Shown here: positions 26,868 to 36,101 of the stretch, in pieces
Numbering within the stretch: position 1 is the first letter of the stretch
Layout of the letters: each line of letters opens with the position of its first letter
Assembly: GCA_027484145.1 (NCBI GenBank)
Contig: JAIXUH010000007.1
Span: forward strand, 291,647-355,646
Reading direction: 5' to 3'
Source: Rhodobacter sp.
GTDB lineage: Bacteria > Pseudomonadota > Alphaproteobacteria > Rhodobacterales > Rhodobacteraceae
Length of the DNA: 64,000 nt
Program-made: the position numbers and the translations under genes
The notes under the pieces: model-generated
What the model was told of the DNA's origin: nothing
Database searches by the model: none
What the model saw: only the letters and a program-made list of their open reading frames with translations

Positions 26868-27353
26868 ATGCCCGTGCTGACCGATATGCGGGCCGCTGTT
26901 GCAGCGGCCGTTCTGCCGCTCCTCGTCTTTCTCGGGGCGCATCAGCCTGCCTTGCACCCGGAGCTTCCGGAATGGGCCATGCCACAAGCCGAAGAACATG
27001 TGGCCGAGGAAGAAAAGACTGGCCCCAATTACCTTGAACTGGACGAGCCTGTCGTCATCAGCATCAAGGGTGGTCAAGGCCAGCTCAAGATCACGATGGC
27101 CTTCGTCGCGCATCTAAAGGGTATGGACCTGCTGGCCGTGGCTGGCAAGGTGGCCGAACGGAAGCCCACCATCGTGGCCGCCATCAATGCGAAATGTCTG
27201 GAAATGGCCGAAAAAGACCCCGATCCTGCGCGCCTGCGCCGCGATCTGCCGCCCGTTATCCGTGACATCGTCAACGCCGAATTGTCGATGCCAGAGATTC
27301 CCGATCCCGTGGACGAGGTTTACGTCGTCGAGGCGCTTTTGGTCTACGACTGA
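26868..27353 (+). CDS. FliL-like basal-body-associated protein (second paralogue)
   Basis: 161 aa from the ATG at 26868. TM helix (AAVAAAVLPLLVFLGA). FliL-like layout YLELDEPVVISIKGGQGQLKITMAFVA...RKPTIVAAIN...LPPVIRDIVNAEL...VDEVYVVEALLV. Confidence 0.55.
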   Translation: MPVLTDMRAAVAAAVLPLLVFLGAHQPALHPELPEWAMPQAEEHVAEEEKTGPNYLELDEPVVISIKGGQGQLKITMAFVAHLKGMDLLAVAGKVAERKPTIVAAINAKCLEMAEKDPDPARLRRDLPPVIRDIVNAELSMPEIPDPVDEVYVVEALLVYD

Positions 27354-27356
27354 CCC

Positions 27357-27557
27357 CTACCAGTGCGGCGGCGGCACATTGGCCGCAGGTGCCTCGCCCG
27401 CCATCGTCTCACGCTCAGCCTCGCGCTCGACCAAAAGCCCCACCAGCTGGTTCAGGCGGTCAAGCTCTTTGCGCTGTGCGGCGACCATGTCCGACAGGTC
27501 ATCGACCGCGCGCAACAGATGGGCCACACGCTCTTCCAGTGCCTCGGTCCGGTCCAT
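27357..27557 (-). CDS. slyX: SlyX family protein
   Basis: 66-aa coiled-coil [46 protein letters not shown], typical of SlyX. Confidence 0.7.
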   Translation of the reverse strand: MDRTEALEERVAHLLRAVDDLSDMVAAQRKELDRLNQLVGLLVEREAERETMAGEAPAANVPPPHW

Positions 27558-27662
27558 CTGCCACGTCTCCTGACTGTCGGTGCGTCTGCCCGCCCCCGGC
27601 GCTTGCCGCCCCCGCCCCCATCGGTTACAGCAACCGCGCAGCAGATCGAAGGGCCTCATGCC

Positions 27663-29309
27663 ATGTCTGATGGAAAAATCCGCCGACCCAAGGCCGAAAC
27701 GCCCAAGGGCTTTCGTGATTACTTCGGGGCCGAGGTCACCGAACGCAAGGCGATGCTGGACAAGATCGCCGAGGTTTACCATCGCTATGGCTTTGACCCG
27801 CTGGAAACCAGCGCGGTGGAAACGGTCGAGGCGCTTGGCAAGTTCCTGCCCGATGTGGACCGCCCGAACGAAGGCGTATTCGGCTGGCAGGATGAGGATG
27901 CCGATTGGCTGGCCCTGCGCTATGACCTGACGGCGCCCTTGGCCCGTGTGGCCGCCCAATTCCGCAACGAACTGCCAAGCCCCTATCGCCGCTATGCCTT
28001 TGGCCCGGTCTGGCGCAACGAAAAGCCGGGGCCAGGCCGCTTCCGCCAGTTTTATCAATGCGATGCCGATACCGTGGGCTCGCCCTCGGTCGCGGCGGAT
28101 GCCGAAATCTGCGCCATGCTGTCCGACGCGCTGGAGGTGGTCGGCATTCCGCGCGGCGACTATGTGGTCAAGGTAAACAACCGCAAGGTCCTGAACGGCG
28201 TGATGGAAGTGGCGAGAATTTCTGGCCCCAACTTCGAACGTGAGCGCGGAATCGTCCTCCGAGCGATTGATAAGATCGATAGGCTGGGGGAAGCGGGCGT
28301 GCGCGCTTTGCTCGGCGACGGCCGCAAGGACGAGTCAGGCGATTTCACCAAGGGCGCAGGCCTATCGACCGAACAGGTTGAAGCGATCATGATGTTCGTC
28401 AGTGCAAACCGAGTTATTGCTAAAAAGCTTGCTGAATTGGTAGCCGAACTTGTTGAAGACGGTTCTTCCTACAGCCGCTTCTCGCGGGCAATGCTCTCAT
28501 TTGACGACGCCACTGGGCACCCGCTGCCAACGGATGATGAGGCGGCAATCTATCGAAATTTCGCTACTTTGAAATACTTGCGTGAAATCGTTGGTGAATC
28601 CGAAGTGGGCGCCCAAGGCGTTTCAGAACTGGAAGAAATCGCCAACCTCCTCGCCGCACAGGGCTATGGCGCCGACCGGATCGTCATTGACCCCGGCGTG
28701 GTGCGTGGCCTTGGCTACTATACCGGCCCGGTGTTCGAGGCAGAGTTGACCTTTGAAATCCTTGATGAAAAGGGGCGCAAGCGGCAGTTTGGCAGCGTGG
28801 CGGGTGGCGGGCGTTATGATGACCTCGTCAAGCGCTTTACGGGTCAAAGTGTCCCGGCAACTGGCGTTTCTATCGGGGTGGACCGCCTGCTGGCCGCCCT
28901 GCAGGCCAAGGGGCGCAGCACAGCTGATACGGCGGGCCCGGTCGTTGTGACCGTGATGGACCGTGACCGCATGGCCGATTACATGGCAATGGTGGCAGAC
29001 CTGCGCAATGCGGGCATCCGGGCCGAAGTGTATCTGGGCAACCCCAAGAACTTTGGCAACCAGTTGAAATACGCCGACAAACGCGCCTCACCCATCGCCA
29101 TCATCCAAGGCGGCAACGAGGCTGAAAAGGGCACCGTGATTCTGAAAGACCTGATCCTTGGCGCGCAGATCGCCCAGAATGCGACGCTGGAAGAATGGAA
29201 GGACCGCCCTGCACAGGCCGAGGTGCTGCGTAGCGAACTGGTGGCCGCCGTGCGCCAGATGCTGGAACAATCCGAGTCTGCGCCCTTTACACTGAGCGAT
29301 CTGTTGTGA
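27663..29309 (+). CDS. hisS: histidine--tRNA ligase
   Basis: 548 aa from the ATG at 27663. [44 protein letters not shown] and GGGRYD class II motifs, plus a C-terminal anticodon-binding domain. Contains a low-GC in-frame segment (see findings). Confidence 0.95.
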   Translation: MSDGKIRRPKAETPKGFRDYFGAEVTERKAMLDKIAEVYHRYGFDPLETSAVETVEALGKFLPDVDRPNEGVFGWQDEDADWLALRYDLTAPLARVAAQFRNELPSPYRRYAFGPVWRNEKPGPGRFRQFYQCDADTVGSPSVAADAEICAMLSDALEVVGIPRGDYVVKVNNRKVLNGVMEVARISGPNFERERGIVLRAIDKIDRLGEAGVRALLGDGRKDESGDFTKGAGLSTEQVEAIMMFVSANRVIAKKLAELVAELVEDGSSYSRFSRAMLSFDDATGHPLPTDDEAAIYRNFATLKYLREIVGESEVGAQGVSELEEIANLLAAQGYGADRIVIDPGVVRGLGYYTGPVFEAELTFEILDEKGRKRQFGSVAGGGRYDDLVKRFTGQSVPATGVSIGVDRLLAALQAKGRSTADTAGPVVVTVMDRDRMADYMAMVADLRNAGIRAEVYLGNPKNFGNQLKYADKRASPIAIIQGGNEAEKGTVILKDLILGAQIAQNATLEEWKDRPAQAEVLRSELVAAVRQMLEQSESAPFTLSDLL

Positions 29310-30400
29310 CACCCAAAACCGCCATCCGGGCCGAGGCTGAGGCGCTTTATGCCGCCATCGCCGCCACAGGCGCGGTGCCGGTTGAGGCGGACCTTTTGCT
29401 GCCCGCTGAAACCCTTTTGGACCTTTACGGCGAAGACATCCGCGCCCGCGCCTATGTGACCCACGACCCAGTGCGCGGCGAGATGATGTTGCGCCCCGAT
29501 TTTACCGTGCCCGTGGTGCAGGCCCATATGGCGCATGGGGCGGAACCCGCGCGCTATTGCTATATGGGTGAGGTGTTTCGCCAGCAGTATCACCTTGGTC
29601 CGCGGCAGAGCGAATATGTACAGGTGGGCTATGAGGTGTTTGACGGCACTGATCCGCTGGCCGCCGATGCCGAAGTGTTTGCCCTGTTCGCCGATCTGCT
29701 CGCCCCCTTGGGTCTGCGGGCCGCCACGGGCGACATCGGCATTCTGCGCGCCATGGTGCAGGGCCTGACCACGACCGAACGCCGCAAGGCGGCGCTTTTG
29801 CGGCATCTGTGGCGGCCCAAACGCTTTCGCGCGCTGCTTGACCGCTTTGGCGGCCGCGCCCCCCTGCCGGAGAGCAGGGTCACACTGCTGGCCGCCCTTG
29901 GCCGGGGCGATGATCTGGCGGCATGCATCACCCACACTGGCCTGCGCAGTGAAGGGGAAATCGCCGAGCGGCTGCTCACCTTGCGCGAAGACGCGGCTGC
30001 CGCACCCATTCCCGCTGCCGAGGTGGTGCAACTGGAACAGGTGCTGGGGCTATCGGACAAATGCCCCGCCGCCCTTGCACGCCTGTCTGCCATCGCGGCC
30101 GATGTGCCTGCCCTTGGCCCGGCTGTTCAACGGCTGGAACGGCGCTTGGCCGCGTTGGCGGCAAAGGGTGTTGATGTGGCCGGGCTGGACTTTGAGGCCA
30201 GCTATGGCCGCACCACGATGGAATACTACGATGGCTTCGTTTTCGGCTTTTACGCCGCCCAACAGCCAGACCTGCCCCCGATCGCCAGCGGCGGGCGCTA
30301 CGACGCGCTGACGGCGGTGCTGGGCCAAGGTCGGTCTATCCCCGCTGTGGGCGGCGTGATCCGCCCCGGCATGGTGGCCCGGCTGAAAGGGGTGCTCTGA
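29306..30400 (+). CDS. hisZ: ATP phosphoribosyltransferase regulatory subunit HisZ
   Basis: HisS paralogue lacking the anticodon domain ([23 protein letters not shown]). Located between hisS and hisG with 4-nt and 1-nt overlaps. Confidence 0.85.
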   Translation: MTPKTAIRAEAEALYAAIAATGAVPVEADLLLPAETLLDLYGEDIRARAYVTHDPVRGEMMLRPDFTVPVVQAHMAHGAEPARYCYMGEVFRQQYHLGPRQSEYVQVGYEVFDGTDPLAADAEVFALFADLLAPLGLRAATGDIGILRAMVQGLTTTERRKAALLRHLWRPKRFRALLDRFGGRAPLPESRVTLLAALGRGDDLAACITHTGLRSEGEIAERLLTLREDAAAAPIPAAEVVQLEQVLGLSDKCPAALARLSAIAADVPALGPAVQRLERRLAALAAKGVDVAGLDFEASYGRTTMEYYDGFVFGFYAAQQPDLPPIASGGRYDALTAVLGQGRSIPAVGGVIRPGMVARLKGVL

Positions 30401-31128
30401 TGCTGAAAATCGGGGTGCCGTCCAAAGGGCGGCTGATGGAAAAGACCTTTGACTGGTTTGGCGCGCGTGGCGTGACCATGCGCCAGTCAGGGGCCGAACG
30501 GGAATACGCGGGCATCGTCGAAGGTGTCGATGATGTGGAACTAGTTATGCTGTCGGCGGGCGAGATTCCGCGCGAATTGTCGGCGGGCCGGATACACCTT
30601 GGCGTCACCGGGTCTGACCTTGTGCGCGAAAAGCTGGCCGACTGGAACCGCCAGGTGACCGAGGCCGCGCTGTTGGGCTTTGGGCATGCCGATCTGATCA
30701 TTGCGGTGCCGACCGCATGGGTGGATGTGGATACGCTGGATGACCTTGATGCCGTTGCTGCCCAGTTCCGCCGCCACCACGGCCACCGCCTGCGCATTGC
30801 CACCAAGTATCACCGTCTGGTGCGAGAGTTCCTGACCGACCGGGGCGTTGCGGATTACAGCCTGGTCGACAGTCAGGGGGCGACCGAGGGCACGGTCAAG
30901 AACCTGACCGCCGAAGCCGTGGCCGACATCACCTCATCCGGCGAGACGCTGCGGGCGAACCACCTCAAGATCCTGTCGGATGCGTTGATCCATTCCAGTC
31001 AGGCGGTTCTGTTCCTGTCGCATCAGGCTGACTGGGGCCCATCGGCGCGCAGGGGTCTTGCAGGTTTGGCGGCAACACTGGGGCTGCCATTGCAGCTTGT
31101 CCCGACCGATGGCCCACATCAGGTTTGA
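30400..31128 (+). CDS. hisG: ATP phosphoribosyltransferase, short form
   Basis: [44 protein letters not shown] and VADITSSGETLRAN motifs. Confidence 0.9.
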   Translation: MLKIGVPSKGRLMEKTFDWFGARGVTMRQSGAEREYAGIVEGVDDVELVMLSAGEIPRELSAGRIHLGVTGSDLVREKLADWNRQVTEAALLGFGHADLIIAVPTAWVDVDTLDDLDAVAAQFRRHHGHRLRIATKYHRLVREFLTDRGVADYSLVDSQGATEGTVKNLTAEAVADITSSGETLRANHLKILSDALIHSSQAVLFLSHQADWGPSARRGLAGLAATLGLPLQLVPTDGPHQV

Positions 31129-31178
31129 CTTGGCCCCGGCCTGCGTTAACCTTTTTGACGGAAGTCAGGAGATCCAGC

Positions 31179-31538
31179 ATGAACGCGCGCCTTTCCGCCC
31201 TGTTGATCGTGATGGCTGGTGGCTTTGCGTCGGCACTGGCGGCGCAAACGGTTGCGTCGGGTGACGCCCTGCGTGCGGCACTGGCTGGCAACACCGTGCA
31301 GGGATCGATGGCCGCATCGGGTGGCTTTACCGAATTTTACGCCGAAGATGGCACGATCCGTGGCGCCGGATATACCGGACGCTGGTCGGTCGAGGGGAAC
31401 CAGATGTGTTTCGCCTATGACGGCAACCCGCCGGGCTGCTGGGGCGCACAGATCGACGGCAGTCAGGTGATCTGGCTGGGCGGTGCGGTCGAAGAGGGCA
31501 CAGGAACCATCCTGCCAGGCAACCCGAACGGTTTTTGA
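31179..31538 (+). CDS. secreted hypothetical protein
   Basis: 119 aa with signal peptide MNARLSALLIVMAGGFASALAAQ. GC3-rich. No recognised domain. Confidence 0.5.
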   Translation: MNARLSALLIVMAGGFASALAAQTVASGDALRAALAGNTVQGSMAASGGFTEFYAEDGTIRGAGYTGRWSVEGNQMCFAYDGNPPGCWGAQIDGSQVIWLGGAVEEGTGTILPGNPNGF

Positions 31539-31621
31539 TCCGGGCATTTTAGGGCTGGCACGCGGCTTGCAACGTTTTTGTGGGCCGCCAAGTGCCTTGC
31601 TCTGCCACCCGGGGAATTGCC

Positions 31622-31840
31622 ATGAAACACTGGACCAACACGACTGAAGCCGCCTGCACCACCACCCGCCTGACCACGCATGAGACGCCCGAGGAACTGG
31701 CGATCGAATGCGTCACCTTTGACGGCGATGGCCGTCCGGCGCGCCGCCGTGTGATGCCGCTCTTAGATCTGCTGCGCGGCCTGAACGTGACCCTTCCGGT
31801 TCAGACCACATTTCGCACGGATTTCCCTGGCTCGGTCTGA
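31622..31840 (+). CDS. small hypothetical protein (72 aa)
   Basis: ATG at 31622 preceded by a GGGGAA element. Third-codon positions are GC-rich as in neighbouring genes. No motif recognised. Confidence 0.35.
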   Translation: MKHWTNTTEAACTTTRLTTHETPEELAIECVTFDGDGRPARRRVMPLLDLLRGLNVTLPVQTTFRTDFPGSV

Positions 31841-31930
31841 CGCAGGCCACGCTGCCCCCTGGCCTGCACGTCTGACCCATATTGCCCTTGGGCGGCGGAA
31901 CATGCGTTGTGTTTCGCCCGCCGCCCGAAA

Positions 31931-31947
31931 GCCCCGCCTTGCGGGGC
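31931..31947. terminator. stem-loop between convergent genes
   Basis: GCCCCGC-CTT-GCGGGGC (7-bp GC stem). A second longer hairpin, GGGCGGCGG...CCGCCGCCC, lies just upstream. No strong T-run. Confidence 0.45.
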
Positions 31948-31995
31948 CGCGTGCTGTTCGAGAAACCTCCGGCACCAGCGCTTTTCGCTAGACCC

Positions 31996-32274
31996 TCAGG
32001 CCCGCATTTCCCCCGCCCGGCGATAGGCTGACTGTGCGGCTCCGCTGACCACAGGCGCAGCCGTTGCCAACCCGGCCAAAGCCCCTGCAACCGCCGCCTG
32101 TGCCCGCGCGGCAAGGGCGCGCATCTCGGCGTCTGGTGTTACGCCCGCCTCGGCGAACAGGTTGGTCAAACGACCACAGGACAGCGCCACATCCTCCAGC
32201 CGGTTGTCCTGCACCGCACGGTCCAGCCGGGCAATGGCAGCGTCAACGGCAAGGATCAGGCCGCGGTCCGTCAT
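31996..32274 (-). CDS. small alpha-helical protein downstream of fliS (FliT-like by position only)
   Basis: 92 aa from the ATG at 32274 (MTDRGLILAVDAAIARLDRAVQDNRLEDV...); an alternative ATG at 32307 overlaps fliS. Ala/Leu-rich helical composition. No sequence-level identification. Confidence 0.4.
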   Translation of the reverse strand: MTDRGLILAVDAAIARLDRAVQDNRLEDVALSCGRLTNLFAEAGVTPDAEMRALAARAQAAVAGALAGLATAAPVVSGAAQSAYRRAGEMRA

Positions 32275-32279
32275 CAGGT

Positions 32280-32663
32280 TCACTTGGCCCCCGGCATCGA
32301 CTGCCATGCCGAAAGGATATCGGCGATATAGGTGCGCGCGGCCGGAATGCGCGGCTCTTCGTCGCGCTGAAAGGCTGCGACCAGTTGCAGGCGGACAAAC
32401 TCGTAAACGCTGAACAGGTTCTGCGCGATCTCGCCGCCTTTTTCAAAATCAAGGCTGGATTGCAGCACATAAATCGCCGTCAGCCCTTTGGTGACATGGG
32501 CCGCCGGATACCGCTGCCCGTCGCCATGCGCAGCTGCCAGAACGATCAAGGATTTGTGCAACTCCCGCAGGGTGATCTCGACGATCTGGTGCGGCGTGGC
32601 CAGTTCCGGCAAGACGCCATCTTCGGTCCGGCGATACTGGGTTCTGGCGTCAAGATAGCTCAT
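32280..32663 (-). CDS. fliS: flagellin export chaperone FliS
   Basis: 127 aa from the ATG at 32663. ATPHQIVEITLRELHKSL, KGLTAIYVLQSSLDFEKGGEIAQNLFSVYEFVRLQL and ADILSAWQ match the FliS four-helix pattern. Confidence 0.8.
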   Translation of the reverse strand: MSYLDARTQYRRTEDGVLPELATPHQIVEITLRELHKSLIVLAAAHGDGQRYPAAHVTKGLTAIYVLQSSLDFEKGGEIAQNLFSVYEFVRLQLVAAFQRDEEPRIPAARTYIADILSAWQSMPGAK

Positions 32664-32764
32664 GGATGGGTTCCTCAACCGGGAGATTCCGTGATCAAGC
32701 ATTGAATTCACAGGATTTTCCGGCTGCTGTTCCCGCCGTTCACCTGCATTCCTGCTTGGTTCAA

Positions 32765-32791
32765 CAAACGGCGGGATCATGATCTTGTTTA
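32765..32791 (-). promoter_or_regulatory. sigma28-like promoter upstream of fliS
   Basis: Minus strand reads TAAA-N15-GCCGTTTG versus the consensus TAAA-N15-GCCGATAA. It lies about 100 nt upstream of the fliS ATG, in the 168-nt gap after the cheA3-like stop. Confidence 0.35.
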
Positions 32792-32831
32792 CCCTTACTG
32801 ACGAAAAGCATGGGCAAAATTCATGCCGACT

Positions 32832-35594
32832 TCACGCTTCGGCAAAAGCCAGGCTTTCGATTTCTTCACCAAAGCAGATGGACAGCGGCGACAACACCAA
32901 GGCCACTTCGCCCCCGGCCAGCACGGCAAGGCCGGCCAGCCGTTCCAGCTGCGACAGCACGCCCTGCAAGGGGCGCAGGCGCACCACCTGCTGCCCGACC
33001 AGCGCATCGACCAGAACCGCCTTGCGCCGCCCTTCGGCCTGCACGATGACAAAGATGCCACCCGTCTCGGACGCATTCGACCGCAGCGTGACAATCGGCA
33101 GAACCTCGCCATCATCCAGCTTCAGATAGCGTGCACTGCCGGCAGCGGCCCGGCGGATGATCCGGTCCTCTTCGGCCTGCAAGACCATGGCAAGCGCATC
33201 CACAGGCAGCACGTACTGCACGCCACCGGACGAGACGACCATCCCTTCCATTGCCAGCATCTTGGTCGGCAGGCTGACTGTCAGCCGGTGCCCGCCTTCG
33301 GCCCTTGGATGCAGCCAGACGCGCCCGCCCGCTTGTCCGGCCAGCTTTTGCAGATCCACCGCCATGTCAGGGCCAACCGGAACGGCCAGCTTGTCCTGCA
33401 CCGTCAGCATGGCGCGGTCATCGCGTTGGCGCAGCGACACTTCCAGATCGCCTTCGGCCTCGGCATGGTCGCTGATCCGGCTGGTCACAAACTGCGAACA
33501 AACCTGTTCCAGAACCTCAAGCGTCTGTTTGTCCAGCGGAACCTGACTGATCCGTAGCCCGATCTGAACCCGCGCACCTTTGGTCAGGGCCTGTTGGCGC
33601 AACTGGTCGATCAATGGGCGCAAGACATGGTCAGCCGGCCGCAACCGGCTTGCCATCGCCTCTTCCTGCAGGGTCGAAACCCGTCGGGCAAGGTGTTCCA
33701 TCGTCTGCAACGACTGCTCGATCCGCCCGGCCATGTCGTCAAACTCGGCCAGCACCGATTGCTGAATATGCGCCGTGTCGGCTTCTCCTGCCACGAAGGA
33801 CTGCATGATCAGCGAGCGCGCTTCCACTTCGGATGCGGCGCGCAACTGCATCGACACGCTGGCAAGCCCGGCCGATACCTCGCCCAGCATCTCCATCATC
33901 TCGACGCTGACGCCGCCCGAGATATCCGACGCGACCGAAGCAAACTTGGTGCTGGTCTGGGCCAACCCCTCGCCTTGCATCAGGGTGATGCAACGGCCTG
34001 TCCTGTCCACGCTGCGCAGGCGCTGTTCAAAATCGGCAATCGGCAGGCTTGTGGCCAGCAGAAAGTCAAACTTGGCCGTGATCCCCGACAGCACCGAAAC
34101 GCTGGTGATCTGCCGGATCGCGCCATCCTCCATCAGGCTGAAGAACTGCTCGGCAATGTCCGTCTCATCCTTGAAGTCAGTGCGGACCACATAGAAGGAC
34201 ATGCCCATCTGCGACGCATTCTGGGCAACCAGAACGCTGCGCGGGGACATCACGCGCAGGAACTGCTGTGGCAGTTGCAATTGATCCAGCGCCTCAGTGG
34301 CCGAAACGGCCCCCTTGCGACGGAACACAAAGCCGCTGCTTTCCTGTGACAGATCCTCCAGCACATGGGTATCGGGCGCCTCGCCTTCGCGCGCGGCATC
34401 AAAGGCCAGTTCCACCGTGACAAGGAAGGTTTCCAGCATCTGTACGACAGTGCGGTCAGGCCCGTCCTCTCCAGCCCCGCCCGGCATGACCATCCGCAAC
34501 ACAAGATCCAGCAGCGACATCGCAAGGTCGGCCGCGCGGCGCAGGCCGAAATAGTCAGCGGCAAAGGACAGGCGCCGCAGCAAGGGATCAATCCGGCGGG
34601 CGCGGACGTCGATCTCCTTGCCTTCGGACAAAAGGTCGACCTCGGTGCGCAGCATGTCGATCAGGGAAAAGGCATTCTCGGCGCACCACCCGGCCAACAG
34701 ATCGCGCGGGCGCGGGCGTGGCAGGTCATCCTCTGACAGCGACAATTCGATGGAATAAAGTTCTTCATACAACCGCACGTCATCGGCCGTTGTATCACCG
34801 GGTGCGGCACGCGACAAAAGCATCGCAACATCCGCAAGCCGCTGATAGCCACGGGCCTCGGCCGTGTCGGCAATATGGCGCAGCGCGGTCTTGCGGCGCG
34901 CCGCCGTGTCCGCGTCGCTGGTCTGCACGGCCAGACTGCTGAGCGAATCGATGATGTTGGCCAGCAGGATTTGCGCCCCGCTTTGTTTGACCGGTTCCGG
35001 GGCCGCTTCGGCCACCGGGCTGGCGTCGTCCTCGACGTCATCCATCAGGTCGTCGGCAAACTCGGGTCCGGTCGCCAGAGGTTCGGGCAAATCCTCTTCC
35101 ACCGCAACCGGGGCAGATGGGATTTCCACCGCCTCTGCCACGGGGGCTGCAGGGGCAGCGGGCGCGGCCGGGGTGGCCGACACCTCGCCATTGGTGATGC
35201 GGGCGATCTTGTCGTGCAGACGCGCCATCAGATCCGCAGCAAAGTCCTGATCCACATCCGTCCGATCAGCCGCCGTGCGTTCCAGAATCACGCGCAGGCG
35301 GTCAACGGCCAACATCATGATGTCGCCCATCTCGGCATCCCACGGCGCGCCTTGGTCGCGCACCATACCGATCAGATCCTCGGTCACATGGGCGCGGCTT
35401 TCGGCAACCTGCAGACCAAGGACGCGGGCATTGCCCTTGAAGGTATGCACCGCGCGGAACAGGGCGGCGATGCCGTCGGCCTTGGCCTCTGGGTCATCGC
35501 CACCAATCCGGCGCAGGGCGTCCTCTGCCGTGTCCAGTGCCTGCGCACCGTCATCGGCATAAAGCGCCCAGATCTCGTCCATATCGTCGTTCAT
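32832..35594 (-). CDS. cheA: CheA3-like protein: HPt (P1) domain + long non-kinase region + CheW-like (P5) domain
   Basis: - The N-terminal HPt domain has FRAVHTFKGNARVLGL.
- The C-terminal CheW-like domain is VQYVLPVDALAMVLQ...VLVDALVGQQVVRLRPLQG.
- The intervening ~650 aa lack the N, G1, F and G2 ATP-binding boxes.
- The likely start is the ATG at 35594, with AGGGTGG upstream; a GTG lies at 35600. Confidence 0.85.
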   Translation of the reverse strand: MNDDMDEIWALYADDGAQALDTAEDALRRIGGDDPEAKADGIAALFRAVHTFKGNARVLGLQVAESRAHVTEDLIGMVRDQGAPWDAEMGDIMMLAVDRLRVILERTAADRTDVDQDFAADLMARLHDKIARITNGEVSATPAAPAAPAAPVAEAVEIPSAPVAVEEDLPEPLATGPEFADDLMDDVEDDASPVAEAAPEPVKQSGAQILLANIIDSLSSLAVQTSDADTAARRKTALRHIADTAEARGYQRLADVAMLLSRAAPGDTTADDVRLYEELYSIELSLSEDDLPRPRPRDLLAGWCAENAFSLIDMLRTEVDLLSEGKEIDVRARRIDPLLRRLSFAADYFGLRRAADLAMSLLDLVLRMVMPGGAGEDGPDRTVVQMLETFLVTVELAFDAAREGEAPDTHVLEDLSQESSGFVFRRKGAVSATEALDQLQLPQQFLRVMSPRSVLVAQNASQMGMSFYVVRTDFKDETDIAEQFFSLMEDGAIRQITSVSVLSGITAKFDFLLATSLPIADFEQRLRSVDRTGRCITLMQGEGLAQTSTKFASVASDISGGVSVEMMEMLGEVSAGLASVSMQLRAASEVEARSLIMQSFVAGEADTAHIQQSVLAEFDDMAGRIEQSLQTMEHLARRVSTLQEEAMASRLRPADHVLRPLIDQLRQQALTKGARVQIGLRISQVPLDKQTLEVLEQVCSQFVTSRISDHAEAEGDLEVSLRQRDDRAMLTVQDKLAVPVGPDMAVDLQKLAGQAGGRVWLHPRAEGGHRLTVSLPTKMLAMEGMVVSSGGVQYVLPVDALAMVLQAEEDRIIRRAAAGSARYLKLDDGEVLPIVTLRSNASETGGIFVIVQAEGRRKAVLVDALVGQQVVRLRPLQGVLSQLERLAGLAVLAGGEVALVLSPLSICFGEEIESLAFAEA

Positions 35595-35639
35595 CGCCAC
35601 CCTTTCACTGACTGACCTTCACCGCTGCCCCTTGCGGGA

Positions 35640-36044
35640 TCACGCAGCCAGAAGGCGGCGCATCGTATTGGCAAGTTCTGCGCCCGTGGTTTCCTCAAGG
35701 TCATGCGAAACCGCGCCCGAAGGTTTGGCCACGATGCCATCTGCGCCCAGTTCGCGCGCCTTGGCGGCAACCGGCGATCCCGACACCGCCACCGACGACA
35801 GCATGCAGATCTTGGCGCGGGTGCGCGGACGGGCCTGACGCAGGAATTCCAGGCCATCCATCACCGGCATTTCGATATCCAGCAAGATCAGGTCAAGGTT
35901 GTCCATCGTCGCCAGTTTCTCCATCGCGTCCTTGCCGTTGGCGGCTTGGGCGACAACCTTGAAATCCGGCAATCCCTTCAGAAAACTTGCAATATACAGC
36001 CGCATCATCGCTGCATCGTCTACGATCATCACTGTGTAAGGCAT
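35640..36044 (-). CDS. cheY: CheY-like response regulator (CheY6-like)
   Basis: 134 aa from the ATG at 36044. MIVDDAAMMR, LILLDIEMPVMDG, CMLSS and IVAKP receiver motifs. Unusual long C-terminal tail SGAVSHDLEETTGAELANTMRRLLAA. Confidence 0.9.
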   Translation of the reverse strand: MPYTVMIVDDAAMMRLYIASFLKGLPDFKVVAQAANGKDAMEKLATMDNLDLILLDIEMPVMDGLEFLRQARPRTRAKICMLSSVAVSGSPVAAKARELGADGIVAKPSGAVSHDLEETTGAELANTMRRLLAA

Positions 36045-36101
36045 GTGAATGCTCCTGTTCGTGTGCCTGTATCCGGCCAAACGTGCTGGCCGAAGGTTTT
36101 G

